Origin: Thermodesulfovibrionales bacterium
GTDB lineage: Bacteria; Nitrospirota; Thermodesulfovibrionia; Thermodesulfovibrionales; UBA6898
Assembly (NCBI GenBank): GCA_044450345.1
Contig: JBIOIY010000003.1
Span: forward strand, 64,001 to 128,000
Reading direction: 5' to 3'
Length of the DNA stretch: 64,000 bases
The notes under the pieces were generated by a model. That model made no database searches and was not told the origin of the DNA. It saw nothing but the letters and a program-made list of their open reading frames with translations. The position numbers and the translations under genes are program-made. This document shows, piece by piece, positions 40,184 to 49,780 of the stretch (position 1 is the first letter of the stretch; every line of letters starts with the position of its first letter).

Positions 40184-41395
40184 ATGACTAATCTAAGGTT
40201 TCTCACATCCGGGGAATCTCACGGCAGGGCGCTGACAGGTATTATTGAAGGCATACCCTCGGGCGTCTCACTTTCTTCTGAAGATATCGATCGTGACCTC
40301 AGGAGACGGCAGGGAGGTTATGGCAGAGGCGGCAGGATGAAGATTGAGACCGATCATGCGCAAATAATCTCCGGTGTCCGGCTGGGGAAGACGATCGGTT
40401 CTCCGATAAGTCTTATGATTGAAAACAAGGACTGGGAGAACTGGCAGGAGGTCATGAGCCCGGACGCCGGAACCCTGCGTTCGGCGACAAAAGACAAAAG
40501 GCTGGACCCCGTCACACGCCCCAGACCAGGGCACGCGGACCTTGCCGGCGCGATAAAATTTGATCATCGTGACGTCCGTAATATCCTCGAACGTTCGAGC
40601 GCCAGGGAAACTGCGATGCGGGTGGGCCTCGGCGCAATCGCGAAGAAGTTGTTGTCGGAATTCGGGATAATAATCGGCAGCCACGTGATACAGATCGGTA
40701 ACCATAAGGCAGAAATTTACGGCATGGACCGGGAAAATCTCGCGGAGATTTTTGAGAAGGCCGAAGGGTCTCCTGTTCGATGCGCCGACGGAGGAGCTTC
40801 GAAGAAGATGACGAGACTAATTGACAGGGCGGCCAGGGAAGGCGATTCCCTGGGCGGGGTGTTTGAGGTCTTCGCAACGGGTGTGCCGGTCGGGCTCGGA
40901 AGTCATATCCAGTGGGACCTGAAGCTCGACGGGATGCTCGCGCAGGCGGTGATGAGCATACAGGCTATCAAAGGCGTCGAGATAGGACGCGGCTTTAAAA
41001 TGGCGGACGAATTCGGTTCTCATGTCATGGACGAGATTTTTTACGGCAGGGCTGAGATTAAATCAAAAGGCATGAAGTTCTACAGGAAGACGAACAACGC
41101 AGGAGGTATGGAGGGAGGAATGTCTAACGGCATGCCCATTATCATCAGGGCGGCAATGAAGCCTATCCCCACTTTAAGGAGGCCTCTTATGTCTGTCGAT
41201 ATCAGGACGAAAAAGGCATTCGGGGCTGCCTATGAACGTTCCGATGTCTGTGCGGTGCCGGCGGCGGCAGTTGTTGCCGAGGCGATGACAGCCCTGGTCC
41301 TGGCTGACGCCTTCCTCAGAAAGTTCGGAGGCGACAGCGAGAAGGAAGTGAGAAGAAACTACAAGTCCTATAGTTCTTACGTAAACGGTTTTTGA
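40184..41395 (+). CDS. aroC: Chorismate synthase
   Basis: LTSGESHG, RPGHAD, ERSSARET, ERSDVC. Confidence 0.97.
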   Translation: MTNLRFLTSGESHGRALTGIIEGIPSGVSLSSEDIDRDLRRRQGGYGRGGRMKIETDHAQIISGVRLGKTIGSPISLMIENKDWENWQEVMSPDAGTLRSATKDKRLDPVTRPRPGHADLAGAIKFDHRDVRNILERSSARETAMRVGLGAIAKKLLSEFGIIIGSHVIQIGNHKAEIYGMDRENLAEIFEKAEGSPVRCADGGASKKMTRLIDRAAREGDSLGGVFEVFATGVPVGLGSHIQWDLKLDGMLAQAVMSIQAIKGVEIGRGFKMADEFGSHVMDEIFYGRAEIKSKGMKFYRKTNNAGGMEGGMSNGMPIIIRAAMKPIPTLRRPLMSVDIRTKKAFGAAYERSDVCAVPAAAVVAEAMTALVLADAFLRKFGGDSEKEVRRNYKSYSSYVNGF

Positions 41396-41511
41396 TTTTC
41401 TATGAAACTGAAAAAAGCATTTAACCGCCTTTTCTTTGCGGCTTTGCGCGAACGATTGCCTTTTTTAGGTTAATTAGCAAAAAAGTAATCACGGGTGCAT
41501 CTGAAATTATA

Positions 41512-42024
41512 ATGATGAAAAATATTATTTTGACCGGGTTTATGGGCACAGGGAAGACAGCGGTGGGGCGGGAGCTTTCGAGGCTTCTGAACATGCGACT
41601 TGTAGATGTCGACGCGGAGATCGAAGACAGCAGGAAGATGAAGATAACCGATATCTTCAAGAACTTCGGTGAACCTTTTTTCCGCGACCTCGAGACGGAG
41701 ATGATAAGGAAACTTGCACATGCTAAGAACGCGGTTATTTCGACAGGGGGAGGCGCAGTCTTGAGGCAGGAGAACATGGAGGCGCTGCGGACAACGGGTG
41801 TAGTTTTTTGTCTCTATGCGGACCCGGAGACGATCATCGCCCGCGTTGGGAGCAGTAATGACAGGCCTCTTCTGGCTGTGGAAGACCCGCTGGCGAAGAT
41901 CAAGGAGCTTTTACGGGCCAGGATGCCTTTTTACGAAAAGGCAGGCATCATGATAGATACGAACGGCAGGACGCCGTTGGAAGTCGCAGAAGAGATAGCG
42001 GGTATAATCGGATGCAAAAGATAA
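41512..42024 (+). CDS. aroK: Shikimate kinase
   Basis: LTGFMGTGKT, GEPFFR, STGGG, RPLL. Confidence 0.96.
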   Translation: MMKNIILTGFMGTGKTAVGRELSRLLNMRLVDVDAEIEDSRKMKITDIFKNFGEPFFRDLETEMIRKLAHAKNAVISTGGGAVLRQENMEALRTTGVVFCLYADPETIIARVGSSNDRPLLAVEDPLAKIKELLRARMPFYEKAGIMIDTNGRTPLEVAEEIAGIIGCKR

Positions 42025-43097
42025 GGGTTGAGCTGGGTGAGAGGAGCTATGAGATTTCGATAGACTCCGGGATTCTGGCAGACCTCGGAAAGAGTCTGGA
42101 GAAATTCGGTTTCAGCAGGCAAACGGCGCTCGTGACCAACCCTACGGTATATGGTCTCTACGGTGACCGCGTAACTGGATCGATGAAGGATGCGGGATTC
42201 GAAGTTTCCGTCACGGTGGTCCCCGACGGCGAAGAATATAAGAACCTGTCCTCCGTGGAAGGGATCTATAGCGAGATGCTCGCCGCAAAGCTCGACAGAA
42301 AATCGGCCATCATAGCATTGGGGGGCGGAGTCATAGGGGACATCGCCGGTTTCGCCGCGTCAACTTACATGCGGGGGATCGATTTTATTCAGGTCCCTAC
42401 TACGCTTCTTTCCCAGGTCGACAGCTCAGTAGGAGGCAAGACCGGGGTCAACCACCCGATGGGAAAGAACATGATCGGGACATTCTGGCAGCCTAAACTC
42501 GTCTGGATCGACATCGATACCCTGAAGTCTCTGCCCCCGAGGGAATTTCTCTCGGGACTTGCAGAGGTCATTAAATACGGCGTGATCCGGGATGAAGGGT
42601 TCTTCCGTTTTCTCGAAGAAAACAGAGACAAGGTCATGGGCCTCGATCGCAATACCCTCGCCTACATTGTCCGGACGTCATGCGAGATCAAGGCGAGCGT
42701 GGTATCACAGGACGAAAGGGAGTCGGGACTGCGCGCGATATTGAACTACGGCCACACCATGGGGCATGCGATCGAGACCGCCACCGGCTACAAGAGGTAT
42801 CTCCACGGCGAGGCGGTTGCGATCGGGATGTATGCCGAGGCAAGGCTTTCGAGATATCTCGACCTGCTCGACGGCGGACAGCTGGCGCGGATAAAGGCCT
42901 TGATAGAGGCATACGACCTCCCCGCTTCATTGCCTGAAGAGATAGATTTCCGGCTGCTCCTTTCGTCGATGAAGCTCGACAAAAAGACGGTCTCAGGAGA
43001 TATTGCGTTCATATTACCCGAAAAAATCGGAAAGGTCAGGATACAGAGAGGGCTTTCTGTGAAGGAGATGGAGAAGGCATTCGGCATTAGAGATTAA
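42012..43097 (+). CDS. aroB: 3-dehydroquinate synthase
   Basis: GGGVIGD, PTTLLSQVDSSVGGKTG, LNYGHT.GHA. Confidence 0.97.
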   Translation: MQKIRVELGERSYEISIDSGILADLGKSLEKFGFSRQTALVTNPTVYGLYGDRVTGSMKDAGFEVSVTVVPDGEEYKNLSSVEGIYSEMLAAKLDRKSAIIALGGGVIGDIAGFAASTYMRGIDFIQVPTTLLSQVDSSVGGKTGVNHPMGKNMIGTFWQPKLVWIDIDTLKSLPPREFLSGLAEVIKYGVIRDEGFFRFLEENRDKVMGLDRNTLAYIVRTSCEIKASVVSQDERESGLRAILNYGHTMGHAIETATGYKRYLHGEAVAIGMYAEARLSRYLDLLDGGQLARIKALIEAYDLPASLPEEIDFRLLLSSMKLDKKTVSGDIAFILPEKIGKVRIQRGLSVKEMEKAFGIRD

Positions 43098-43133
43098 GAG
43101 CACATATAGCGGCAATAATTGGACAGGGCGGAG

Positions 43134-45272
43134 ATGGGACACGAGCTGATTCATAACACGAATAAAAAGCTATCCGGGGGAAGATACTATCCCCTCGGCG
43201 CCGTCCCTTCCGAGGAAGGCGTCAATTTCGCTCTTTACTCAAAGCATGCGTCCGAGGTCTTTCTTCTCCTTTTCGACAGCCCTGAAGGGGAGCCCACAGA
43301 TGTGATCAGACTTGAAAACCGGACCAAATATATATGGCACGTCTTTGTCAACGGGGCGAGGACCGGACAGTTATACGGATACAAAGTGGGAGGTGATTTT
43401 ATCCCTGGACAGGGTCTGAGGTTCAATGAAAACAAGCTCCTCCTCGATCCTTATGCGAAGGCCGTTACGACCAAGTTCAGGAATATGGACAATCTGCTCC
43501 TCTCCTACGATCCGAATTTCCCCGGTCTGGGCCTTTCGCTGGATACCCGGGACAACACGCACATCGTACCTAAATCGATTGTGATGGACGACGCGTTTGA
43601 CTGGCAGGGCGACGCCTGTCCGGACATTCCGCTTGAAAGGCTCATCATTTATGAGGTCCACCTGAAAGGCTTTACCGCCCACAGTTCTTCAGGTGTGATG
43701 CACCCCGGGACCTATCTCGGTTTCATCGAAAAGATACCCTATCTGAAGGAATTAGGGGTTAATGCGGTAGAGCTTCTGCCATTACAGGAGTTCTATGTCG
43801 AGGATAGTCTTATCGAAAAAGGGCTGACGAATTACTGGGGTTATAATACGATAGGCTTTTTTGCCCCCGAATCTTCCTATTGTACGCAGAGCTATTACGG
43901 GTGTCAGGTCCAGGAGTTCAAGACCCTTGTGCGCGAACTTCACAGGGCGGGCATCGAGGTGATACTTGACGTTGTTTACAACCATACCGGCGAGGGGAAT
44001 GAACTGGGGCCTACGATATGCTTCAGAGGTGTGGACAATCCTACTTACTATCTGCTCACAGGCCCGCCTTCGGAACCCTGCCGTTCTTATGTTAACTATA
44101 CCGGAACCGGAAACAGCATCAATATCGCCAATACCCATGTGATACGGTTCGTCATGGACTCGTTGAGATATTGGGTGGAACGCATGCATGTCGACGGGTT
44201 CAGGTTCGATCTCGCCTCGGTGCTCGGCCGTGAGGAAGGGATATTCCATAAATCCTCCGGCTTTTTCGACGCCATATCCCAGGACCCGGTTTTAAACAGG
44301 GTGAAGCTGATCGCCGAGCCCTGGGACCTCGGCACATATCAAGTAGGGAACTTTCCGATCGACTGGTCCGAGTGGAACGGCAGGTTCAGGGACACGATGA
44401 GGAAGTTCGGAAAAGGGGACGGCAGCCAGATTCGAGATCTCGGATGGAGGTTGACAGGATCTGCCGACCTGTATCGCGAGGACGGACGGTCAGCTTACAA
44501 CAGCATCAATTTCATTACGTGCCATGACGATTTCACTCTGAACGATCTCGTCTCTTATAATTACAAACACAATGAGGCGAACCTCGAAGACAATAGGGAC
44601 GGTGCCGACGACAACAATTCCTGGAACTGCGGAGTCGAGGGCGAGACGGACGATACGGATATCATAAGGCTGAGACGGCGGCTGATCAAAAACTTTGCCT
44701 GCTATCTCCTCTTTTCCTCCGGCACCCCTATTGTCCTGGGCGGCGACGAGTTCTTGAGGACGCAAAAGGGCAATAACAACGCATATTGCCAGGACAATGA
44801 AGTGAGCTGGTTCAACTGGCATTTTGTAGACGAAAACTCCGATATTCTCACGTTCTTCAAGAAGGCGATCGCATTTACCAAGAGATATACGATCCTCCAG
44901 AGAAGAAAATTTTTTTCGGGAAGGGACGAGGACGGCGACACGATACCCGACATCATGTGGTTCGGCAAGGACCTCGGCAAGCCTCAATGGGACGACCCCG
45001 ACCTACGCACACTTTGTTATCAGCTGGACGGAGGAGAAGAACGGACCGAAATCGGCGATTATCAACTCTTTGTCATACTGAATTCCGATTTTAGGGTTCA
45101 AAGGGTGGGCGTCCCCCAACTCCCCGGAGGTAAGAGATGGTATAGGGTAGTAGATACAAGCCTCATGAGCGGAGACGATTTTCTTCGTGAAGGAGACGAG
45201 GTGCTGCTGGACCCTCCCGACCATTATCTCGCCAATCCGAGGAGCACGGTCGTTTTGCTGGGGAAGGGCTGA
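43134..45272 (+). CDS. glgX: Glycogen debranching enzyme (GH13 isoamylase)
   Basis: NYWGYN, DVVYNHT, DGFRFDLA, IAEPWD, GNNNAYCQDNE. Confidence 0.95.
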   Translation: MGHELIHNTNKKLSGGRYYPLGAVPSEEGVNFALYSKHASEVFLLLFDSPEGEPTDVIRLENRTKYIWHVFVNGARTGQLYGYKVGGDFIPGQGLRFNENKLLLDPYAKAVTTKFRNMDNLLLSYDPNFPGLGLSLDTRDNTHIVPKSIVMDDAFDWQGDACPDIPLERLIIYEVHLKGFTAHSSSGVMHPGTYLGFIEKIPYLKELGVNAVELLPLQEFYVEDSLIEKGLTNYWGYNTIGFFAPESSYCTQSYYGCQVQEFKTLVRELHRAGIEVILDVVYNHTGEGNELGPTICFRGVDNPTYYLLTGPPSEPCRSYVNYTGTGNSINIANTHVIRFVMDSLRYWVERMHVDGFRFDLASVLGREEGIFHKSSGFFDAISQDPVLNRVKLIAEPWDLGTYQVGNFPIDWSEWNGRFRDTMRKFGKGDGSQIRDLGWRLTGSADLYREDGRSAYNSINFITCHDDFTLNDLVSYNYKHNEANLEDNRDGADDNNSWNCGVEGETDDTDIIRLRRRLIKNFACYLLFSSGTPIVLGGDEFLRTQKGNNNAYCQDNEVSWFNWHFVDENSDILTFFKKAIAFTKRYTILQRRKFFSGRDEDGDTIPDIMWFGKDLGKPQWDDPDLRTLCYQLDGGEERTEIGDYQLFVILNSDFRVQRVGVPQLPGGKRWYRVVDTSLMSGDDFLREGDEVLLDPPDHYLANPRSTVVLLGKG

Positions 45273-45313
45273 ACGGGTCGAGTCTGGCCGGCTGAGGTTG
45301 CCAGGTGTTTTAT

Positions 45314-45342
45314 TTGACATAGTCCCTTAAATCTTTTAATCT
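45314..45342 (+). promoter_or_regulatory. Sigma70 promoter of the DUF47 gene
   Basis: TTGACA-17 nt-TAATCT. Confidence 0.65.
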
Positions 45343-45361
45343 AACAGGCGGTAAGGAAGAC

Positions 45362-45979
45362 ATGAAATTTTTTTCCAAAGAAATAAATTTTTTTGAGATC
45401 TTCGATAAGACCTCTCTGAACATCACGAAGGCCGCTTCCCATCTCGTCGATCTCATGGAAAACTTCGACAACCTCGAAGCAAGGGCGAAGGAGATCCACG
45501 AGATCGAGCAGGACAGCGACATGCTAACCCATGACATAATGAAAAAGCTCAATAAGACCTTTATTACCCCGATCGACAGAGAAGACCTTTACGGCCTTGC
45601 GTCGAGAATGGACGATGTCATAGATCTGATATGGGCCGTCGCCGACAGGATCGTCGTATTCAAGGTAAAGGAACCGATGCCGGAGGCAATTGTCATGTCG
45701 AAGGATATTCTGACGACTGCCGAGGTCATGCACAAGGCGGTCAAGAAACTCAAGGAAAAGAACTATGCCCACGTACAGGAATACTGCATCGAGATAAACA
45801 GGCTTGAAAACAAGGTAGACAGGGGTTTCAGGGATGCACTCGGGAAGTTGTTCGATGATGTCAAGGACCCCATCCTCATCATAAAATGGAAAGAGATATA
45901 CGAGCATCTCGAAGATGCATCGGACAGATGTGAGGACGTTGCAAACGTCCTGGAAGCCATAGTCCTCAAATATGCATGA
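45362..45979 (+). CDS. DUF47 (PhoU-like) phosphate transport regulator
   Basis: FITPIDREDL, DD.ID, KEIYEHLE.ASDRCEDVAN. Confidence 0.93.
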   Translation: MKFFSKEINFFEIFDKTSLNITKAASHLVDLMENFDNLEARAKEIHEIEQDSDMLTHDIMKKLNKTFITPIDREDLYGLASRMDDVIDLIWAVADRIVVFKVKEPMPEAIVMSKDILTTAEVMHKAVKKLKEKNYAHVQEYCIEINRLENKVDRGFRDALGKLFDDVKDPILIIKWKEIYEHLEDASDRCEDVANVLEAIVLKYA

Positions 45980-46092
45980 CACCTTGCTACTACCGCTTTT
46001 TTAAGGCTGCCGCCGTACGTTGTGACCGCAGTTTTATCTGTTTCCCAAAGCCTTCGCGTAAATTGATTTAGAGAATAGCCGGATAGTATTTC

Positions 46093-47085
46093 TTAACGGA
46101 CCAGGGAATCGGCTGCGAAATAGGAAATGGCGGCTATGCCTGCTGAACAGGGGATGGTAAGGATCCAGGCCCAAACGATGGTGCCTGCTACACCCCAGCG
46201 TACCGCACTGAGTCTTTGAAGTGATCCGATACCCATGATCGAGCCGGTAATGGTATGGGTCGTGCTTATCGGGACCCCCAGAAGGGAGGAAATAAAGAGC
46301 ATAATGGCCGCGCCCGATTCGGCACAAAAACCATCGACGGGTTTAAGTTTCGCCACTTTTTGACCCATGGTTTTGACAATGCGCCAGCCTCCGAACATGG
46401 TACCCAGGGCAATGGAAGCATGGCAGGCAATGACGACCCAAAAAGGAATATGAAATTTATTTCCGAGAAGTCCCGCACTAAAAAGCAGGCTCGCTATAAT
46501 ACCCATGGTTTTTTGCGCATCATTCCCGCCGTGACCGAGGCTATATAATGCCGCAGAGACCAGTTGGCCTTTTTTGAAGATATGATCCACTATTGCGCGC
46601 TGGCTATTCCTGAAGAGCCCGTAAACAACCAACCCGAGCCCAAGGCCCAAAAGAAGGCCGACGGTAGGAGAAATAACAATGAATGCTACCGTTTTTATAA
46701 TCCCCGGCATTACAAGCGCTTTAGGGCCCGTTTTCACGAGGGCAGAGCCGATCATCCCGCCTATCAGGGCATGAGAAGAACTTGTGGGCAGGCCAAAATA
46801 CCACGTGATCAGGTTCCAACCGCACGCACCGACCAGAGTGCCGAAGATGATTGTCTTATCCACGATTGCGATATCGATAATTCCTTTTCCGATTGTATTC
46901 GCAACATGAAGTCCGAAGAAGAGGAAGGCAATAAAATTAAAGAAGGCCGCCCAAGCCACGGCAATCCTCGGCGTGAGCACGCGAGTGGAAACCACGGTTG
47001 CAATTGAATTCGCCGAATCATGAAACCCGTTTAAGAAATCAAAGGTTAGAGCCAAAAAAACGAGGCCAAGGACTGCAACTGTCAT
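46093..47085 (-). CDS. pit: Inorganic phosphate transporter, PiT family
   Basis: NGFHDSANSIAT, PTSSSHALIGG, HGGNDAQKTMG, PISTTH. Confidence 0.95.
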   Translation of the reverse strand: MTVAVLGLVFLALTFDFLNGFHDSANSIATVVSTRVLTPRIAVAWAAFFNFIAFLFFGLHVANTIGKGIIDIAIVDKTIIFGTLVGACGWNLITWYFGLPTSSSHALIGGMIGSALVKTGPKALVMPGIIKTVAFIVISPTVGLLLGLGLGLVVYGLFRNSQRAIVDHIFKKGQLVSAALYSLGHGGNDAQKTMGIIASLLFSAGLLGNKFHIPFWVVIACHASIALGTMFGGWRIVKTMGQKVAKLKPVDGFCAESGAAIMLFISSLLGVPISTTHTITGSIMGIGSLQRLSAVRWGVAGTIVWAWILTIPCSAGIAAISYFAADSLVR

Positions 47086-47336
47086 GATCTAGACTTGATC
47101 GGCATGGACGGATTCGTCGGTATAGGGAGTGACTTCTAAGTTAGTCGGTATGGATAAGGGAAAAATATTTTTTGACATACAAAAGGATACCATGTGAAAA
47201 AGAAATTATCAATACAACTGTATCGCTTCCACTGAGAAAACTCGGCTCCGAACATTGTCCTTTAAATAAAGGCAAAAAGGGGGAAGGCCCCATCTCTTCT
47301 GGAAACTTTCTGGCGAATCGTGGTATAACTTAAACT

Positions 47337-48038
47337 ATGGCCGAACGGCGAAAAGTCCTTGTGGTTGACGACGAGGCGGACCTCCTGGATCTGATCTCAT
47401 ACAATTTAAGTAAGGAAGGGTATGAGGTATCAACCGCTTCGGATGGCGGGGAGGCGCTTTCCGAGATCCGGAAGAGGCGTTTCGATCTCGTGATACTTGA
47501 TCTCATGCTTCCCGGCATCCAGGGGATGGAACTCTGCCGTATTCTCAGGAGCGATCCGAAGACGGAGACGATCCCCATCATCATGCTCACTGCAAAAGGC
47601 GAAGAAGTAGACAGGGTTTTGGGACTTGAGATGGGGGCCGACGATTACATCACAAAACCCTTCAGCCCGCGCGAGCTTATTGCACGAATCAAGGCTGTCC
47701 TGCGGAGGACCGGTGAAAAATCCAAAGGAGGCAAGGTACTCCGGATAGGCAACCTCGTGATCGATACGGAAAACTACACCGTTACCAAGAAAGATGCCCC
47801 GCTGGATCTCAGCGCAACGGAATTCAGGCTTCTCCTTTATCTTTCTGAGAGGAAGGGGAAGGTCTTTAGCCGGGAGCAACTGCTGGATGCAGTATGGAAA
47901 AACGAGGCGTTCGTCGAACCGAGGACAGTCGATGTCCACATAAGAAGGTTGAGGGCGCAGATAGAAGATGACCCTTCGAATCCGGCTTATATAAAGACGA
48001 AGAGGGGTATCGGATATTACGTAGAAGCGGAAACGTGA
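47337..48038 (+). CDS. phoB: OmpR/PhoB-family response regulator (PhoB-like, copy 1)
   Basis: VVDDE, LDLMLPG, TAK, KPFSPREL, RTVDVHIRRLR; coupled to a PhoR-like kinase; phosphate-gene context. Confidence 0.85.
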   Translation: MAERRKVLVVDDEADLLDLISYNLSKEGYEVSTASDGGEALSEIRKRRFDLVILDLMLPGIQGMELCRILRSDPKTETIPIIMLTAKGEEVDRVLGLEMGADDYITKPFSPRELIARIKAVLRRTGEKSKGGKVLRIGNLVIDTENYTVTKKDAPLDLSATEFRLLLYLSERKGKVFSREQLLDAVWKNEAFVEPRTVDVHIRRLRAQIEDDPSNPAYIKTKRGIGYYVEAET

Positions 48039-49771
48039 GAAAAGGGATTTTCAGGAAAATCTTCCTTGTGTATGCCGGTGTGCTTTTGCTGGCGATGTCT
48101 TTTGTCGAAATTTATATCACGACCACCGTCAGGGACAATTATGTCGATAACTTGAAGGGGCACCTTGCCGGCACGATAACCCTTATCGCAAAGACGGTGC
48201 TTTTCGACAAGGCCGGCATCGATGATCTCTGCAGGGCGCTGAAGAAAGATGCCGGGGCACGGGTGACCGTCATTCGCAGTGACGGGAGGGTCATCGGAGA
48301 TTCCGACCATGATTCGGCCGATATGGAAAACCACGCAAACCGTACCGAGGTGCAGCAGGCGGTCCTGCGCGGCACGGGGGCCGCAATCAGGCATAGTGAT
48401 ACGCTGAATTATGATTTCCTCTACGTCGCGAAAAAGATCGTCCATGACGGGGCAGAAGAGGGGTTTATCAGGCTTGCAGTGCCCCTGAAGGACATCGATG
48501 GGGCGGTGAACCTCATCAGGATAAAGATCATCCTTGTTATGCTCGCTGTATTATTCGTGACGTGGTTCGTTTCGGTCTGGCAGACGGACCATCTCAGAAG
48601 GCTCCTGAAACAGATCACGGATTTTTCGAGGTCTTTGTCGAAGGGGGAGATCGACAAGAGGCTCTTTCTCGACGGGGCAGGGGAATTCGGCGAGATTGCG
48701 GACAACCTCACCTCTATGTCTGCGAAGCTGCAAGATATGATGGCGCAGAGCGAGGAGGAGAGGAACCGCCTGAACGTGATCCTCAGAAGTGTGCCTGATG
48801 CCCTCCTGATAATCGACTCACGAGGGATAATAACGCTTTCGAGTTCTTCCGCCAAGGACTTTTTCGGCGATGTTCCAATGGTACACATGCGGTTCGCAGA
48901 GGTCGTAAGAAACCATGAATTCTCGGATCTTGTGGAGCATGTTCGAAAGGACCTCTCACCTGGTATGACTGCTTTCCGGATAGAGTATCCGGAAGAAAAA
49001 TATCTCAGTGTTAGGGTCTCGCCTCTTTTCTATAAAAAAGAGGATGAGCTTTCCGGTTTTGTGGCTGTTTTCCATGACATCACTCAGATCGAAAAACTTG
49101 AGCAGGTGAGAAAGGACTTTGTGGCCAATGTATCACACGAAATAAAGACCCCTGTCACCGCGATCAAGGGGTTTGCCGATACCCTCCTTGAAGGCGCCCT
49201 CGACGACAGGGAAAACGCGGCCAGATTTATCCAGACCATAAAGTCAAACAGCGAACGCCTGAACAGCCTTGTCGACGACCTCATGACGATTTCCAAAATT
49301 GAGCTGGGCGTGATCAAGGTCGAAAAGACAATGATTGATCTTGAGGAAGTTTTCGAGAATATCATGGAGATATTCAGGGCAAAAGCCGCTGTCAGGAAAC
49401 TCTCATTGAAAGTATCTCAAGGGCCGGAGCTGGAGCACATTAACGCAGACAAGAACCGGCTTATTCAAATATTGACCAACCTCATCGATAACGCGATCAA
49501 GTTTACCGAAACAGGAGGCGTGACCTTCGGCATCGATAAAGAAGGGGAGAAGACTTTTATGTTCGTTGAAGATACCGGCATAGGAGTGCCTCCCAAGCAT
49601 CTGGGGAGGCTGGGAGAGAGGTTTTACCGGGTCGACCCCGCCCGATCGAGAAAGATGGGAGGCACGGGACTCGGCCTTGCGATCGTCAAGCACCTCGTGA
49701 AAGCACACGGCTGGAGCATGCAGATCGCGAGCGTTCCAGGCAAAGGGACAACAGTCAGGATTTTTTTGTAA
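48035..49771 (+). CDS. phoR: PhoR-like sensor histidine kinase (2 TM, HAMP, PAS, HisKA, HATPase)
   Basis: MENHANRTEV periplasmic motif, RKDFVANVSHEIKTP, ERFYRVDPARSR, GGTGLGLAIVKH. Confidence 0.88.
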   Translation: MRKGIFRKIFLVYAGVLLLAMSFVEIYITTTVRDNYVDNLKGHLAGTITLIAKTVLFDKAGIDDLCRALKKDAGARVTVIRSDGRVIGDSDHDSADMENHANRTEVQQAVLRGTGAAIRHSDTLNYDFLYVAKKIVHDGAEEGFIRLAVPLKDIDGAVNLIRIKIILVMLAVLFVTWFVSVWQTDHLRRLLKQITDFSRSLSKGEIDKRLFLDGAGEFGEIADNLTSMSAKLQDMMAQSEEERNRLNVILRSVPDALLIIDSRGIITLSSSSAKDFFGDVPMVHMRFAEVVRNHEFSDLVEHVRKDLSPGMTAFRIEYPEEKYLSVRVSPLFYKKEDELSGFVAVFHDITQIEKLEQVRKDFVANVSHEIKTPVTAIKGFADTLLEGALDDRENAARFIQTIKSNSERLNSLVDDLMTISKIELGVIKVEKTMIDLEEVFENIMEIFRAKAAVRKLSLKVSQGPELEHINADKNRLIQILTNLIDNAIKFTETGGVTFGIDKEGEKTFMFVEDTGIGVPPKHLGRLGERFYRVDPARSRKMGGTGLGLAIVKHLVKAHGWSMQIASVPGKGTTVRIFL

Positions 49772-49780
49772 GGACGAGTC

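Noticed and set aside
44515..44545. GlgX HDDFTL instead of the usual HDGFTL
   Set aside because: The catalytic Asp, Glu and Asp are all present; one substitution is not evidence of inactivation.
45980..47330. Invertible segment carrying pit
   Set aside because: No flanking inverted repeats or recombinase were found.
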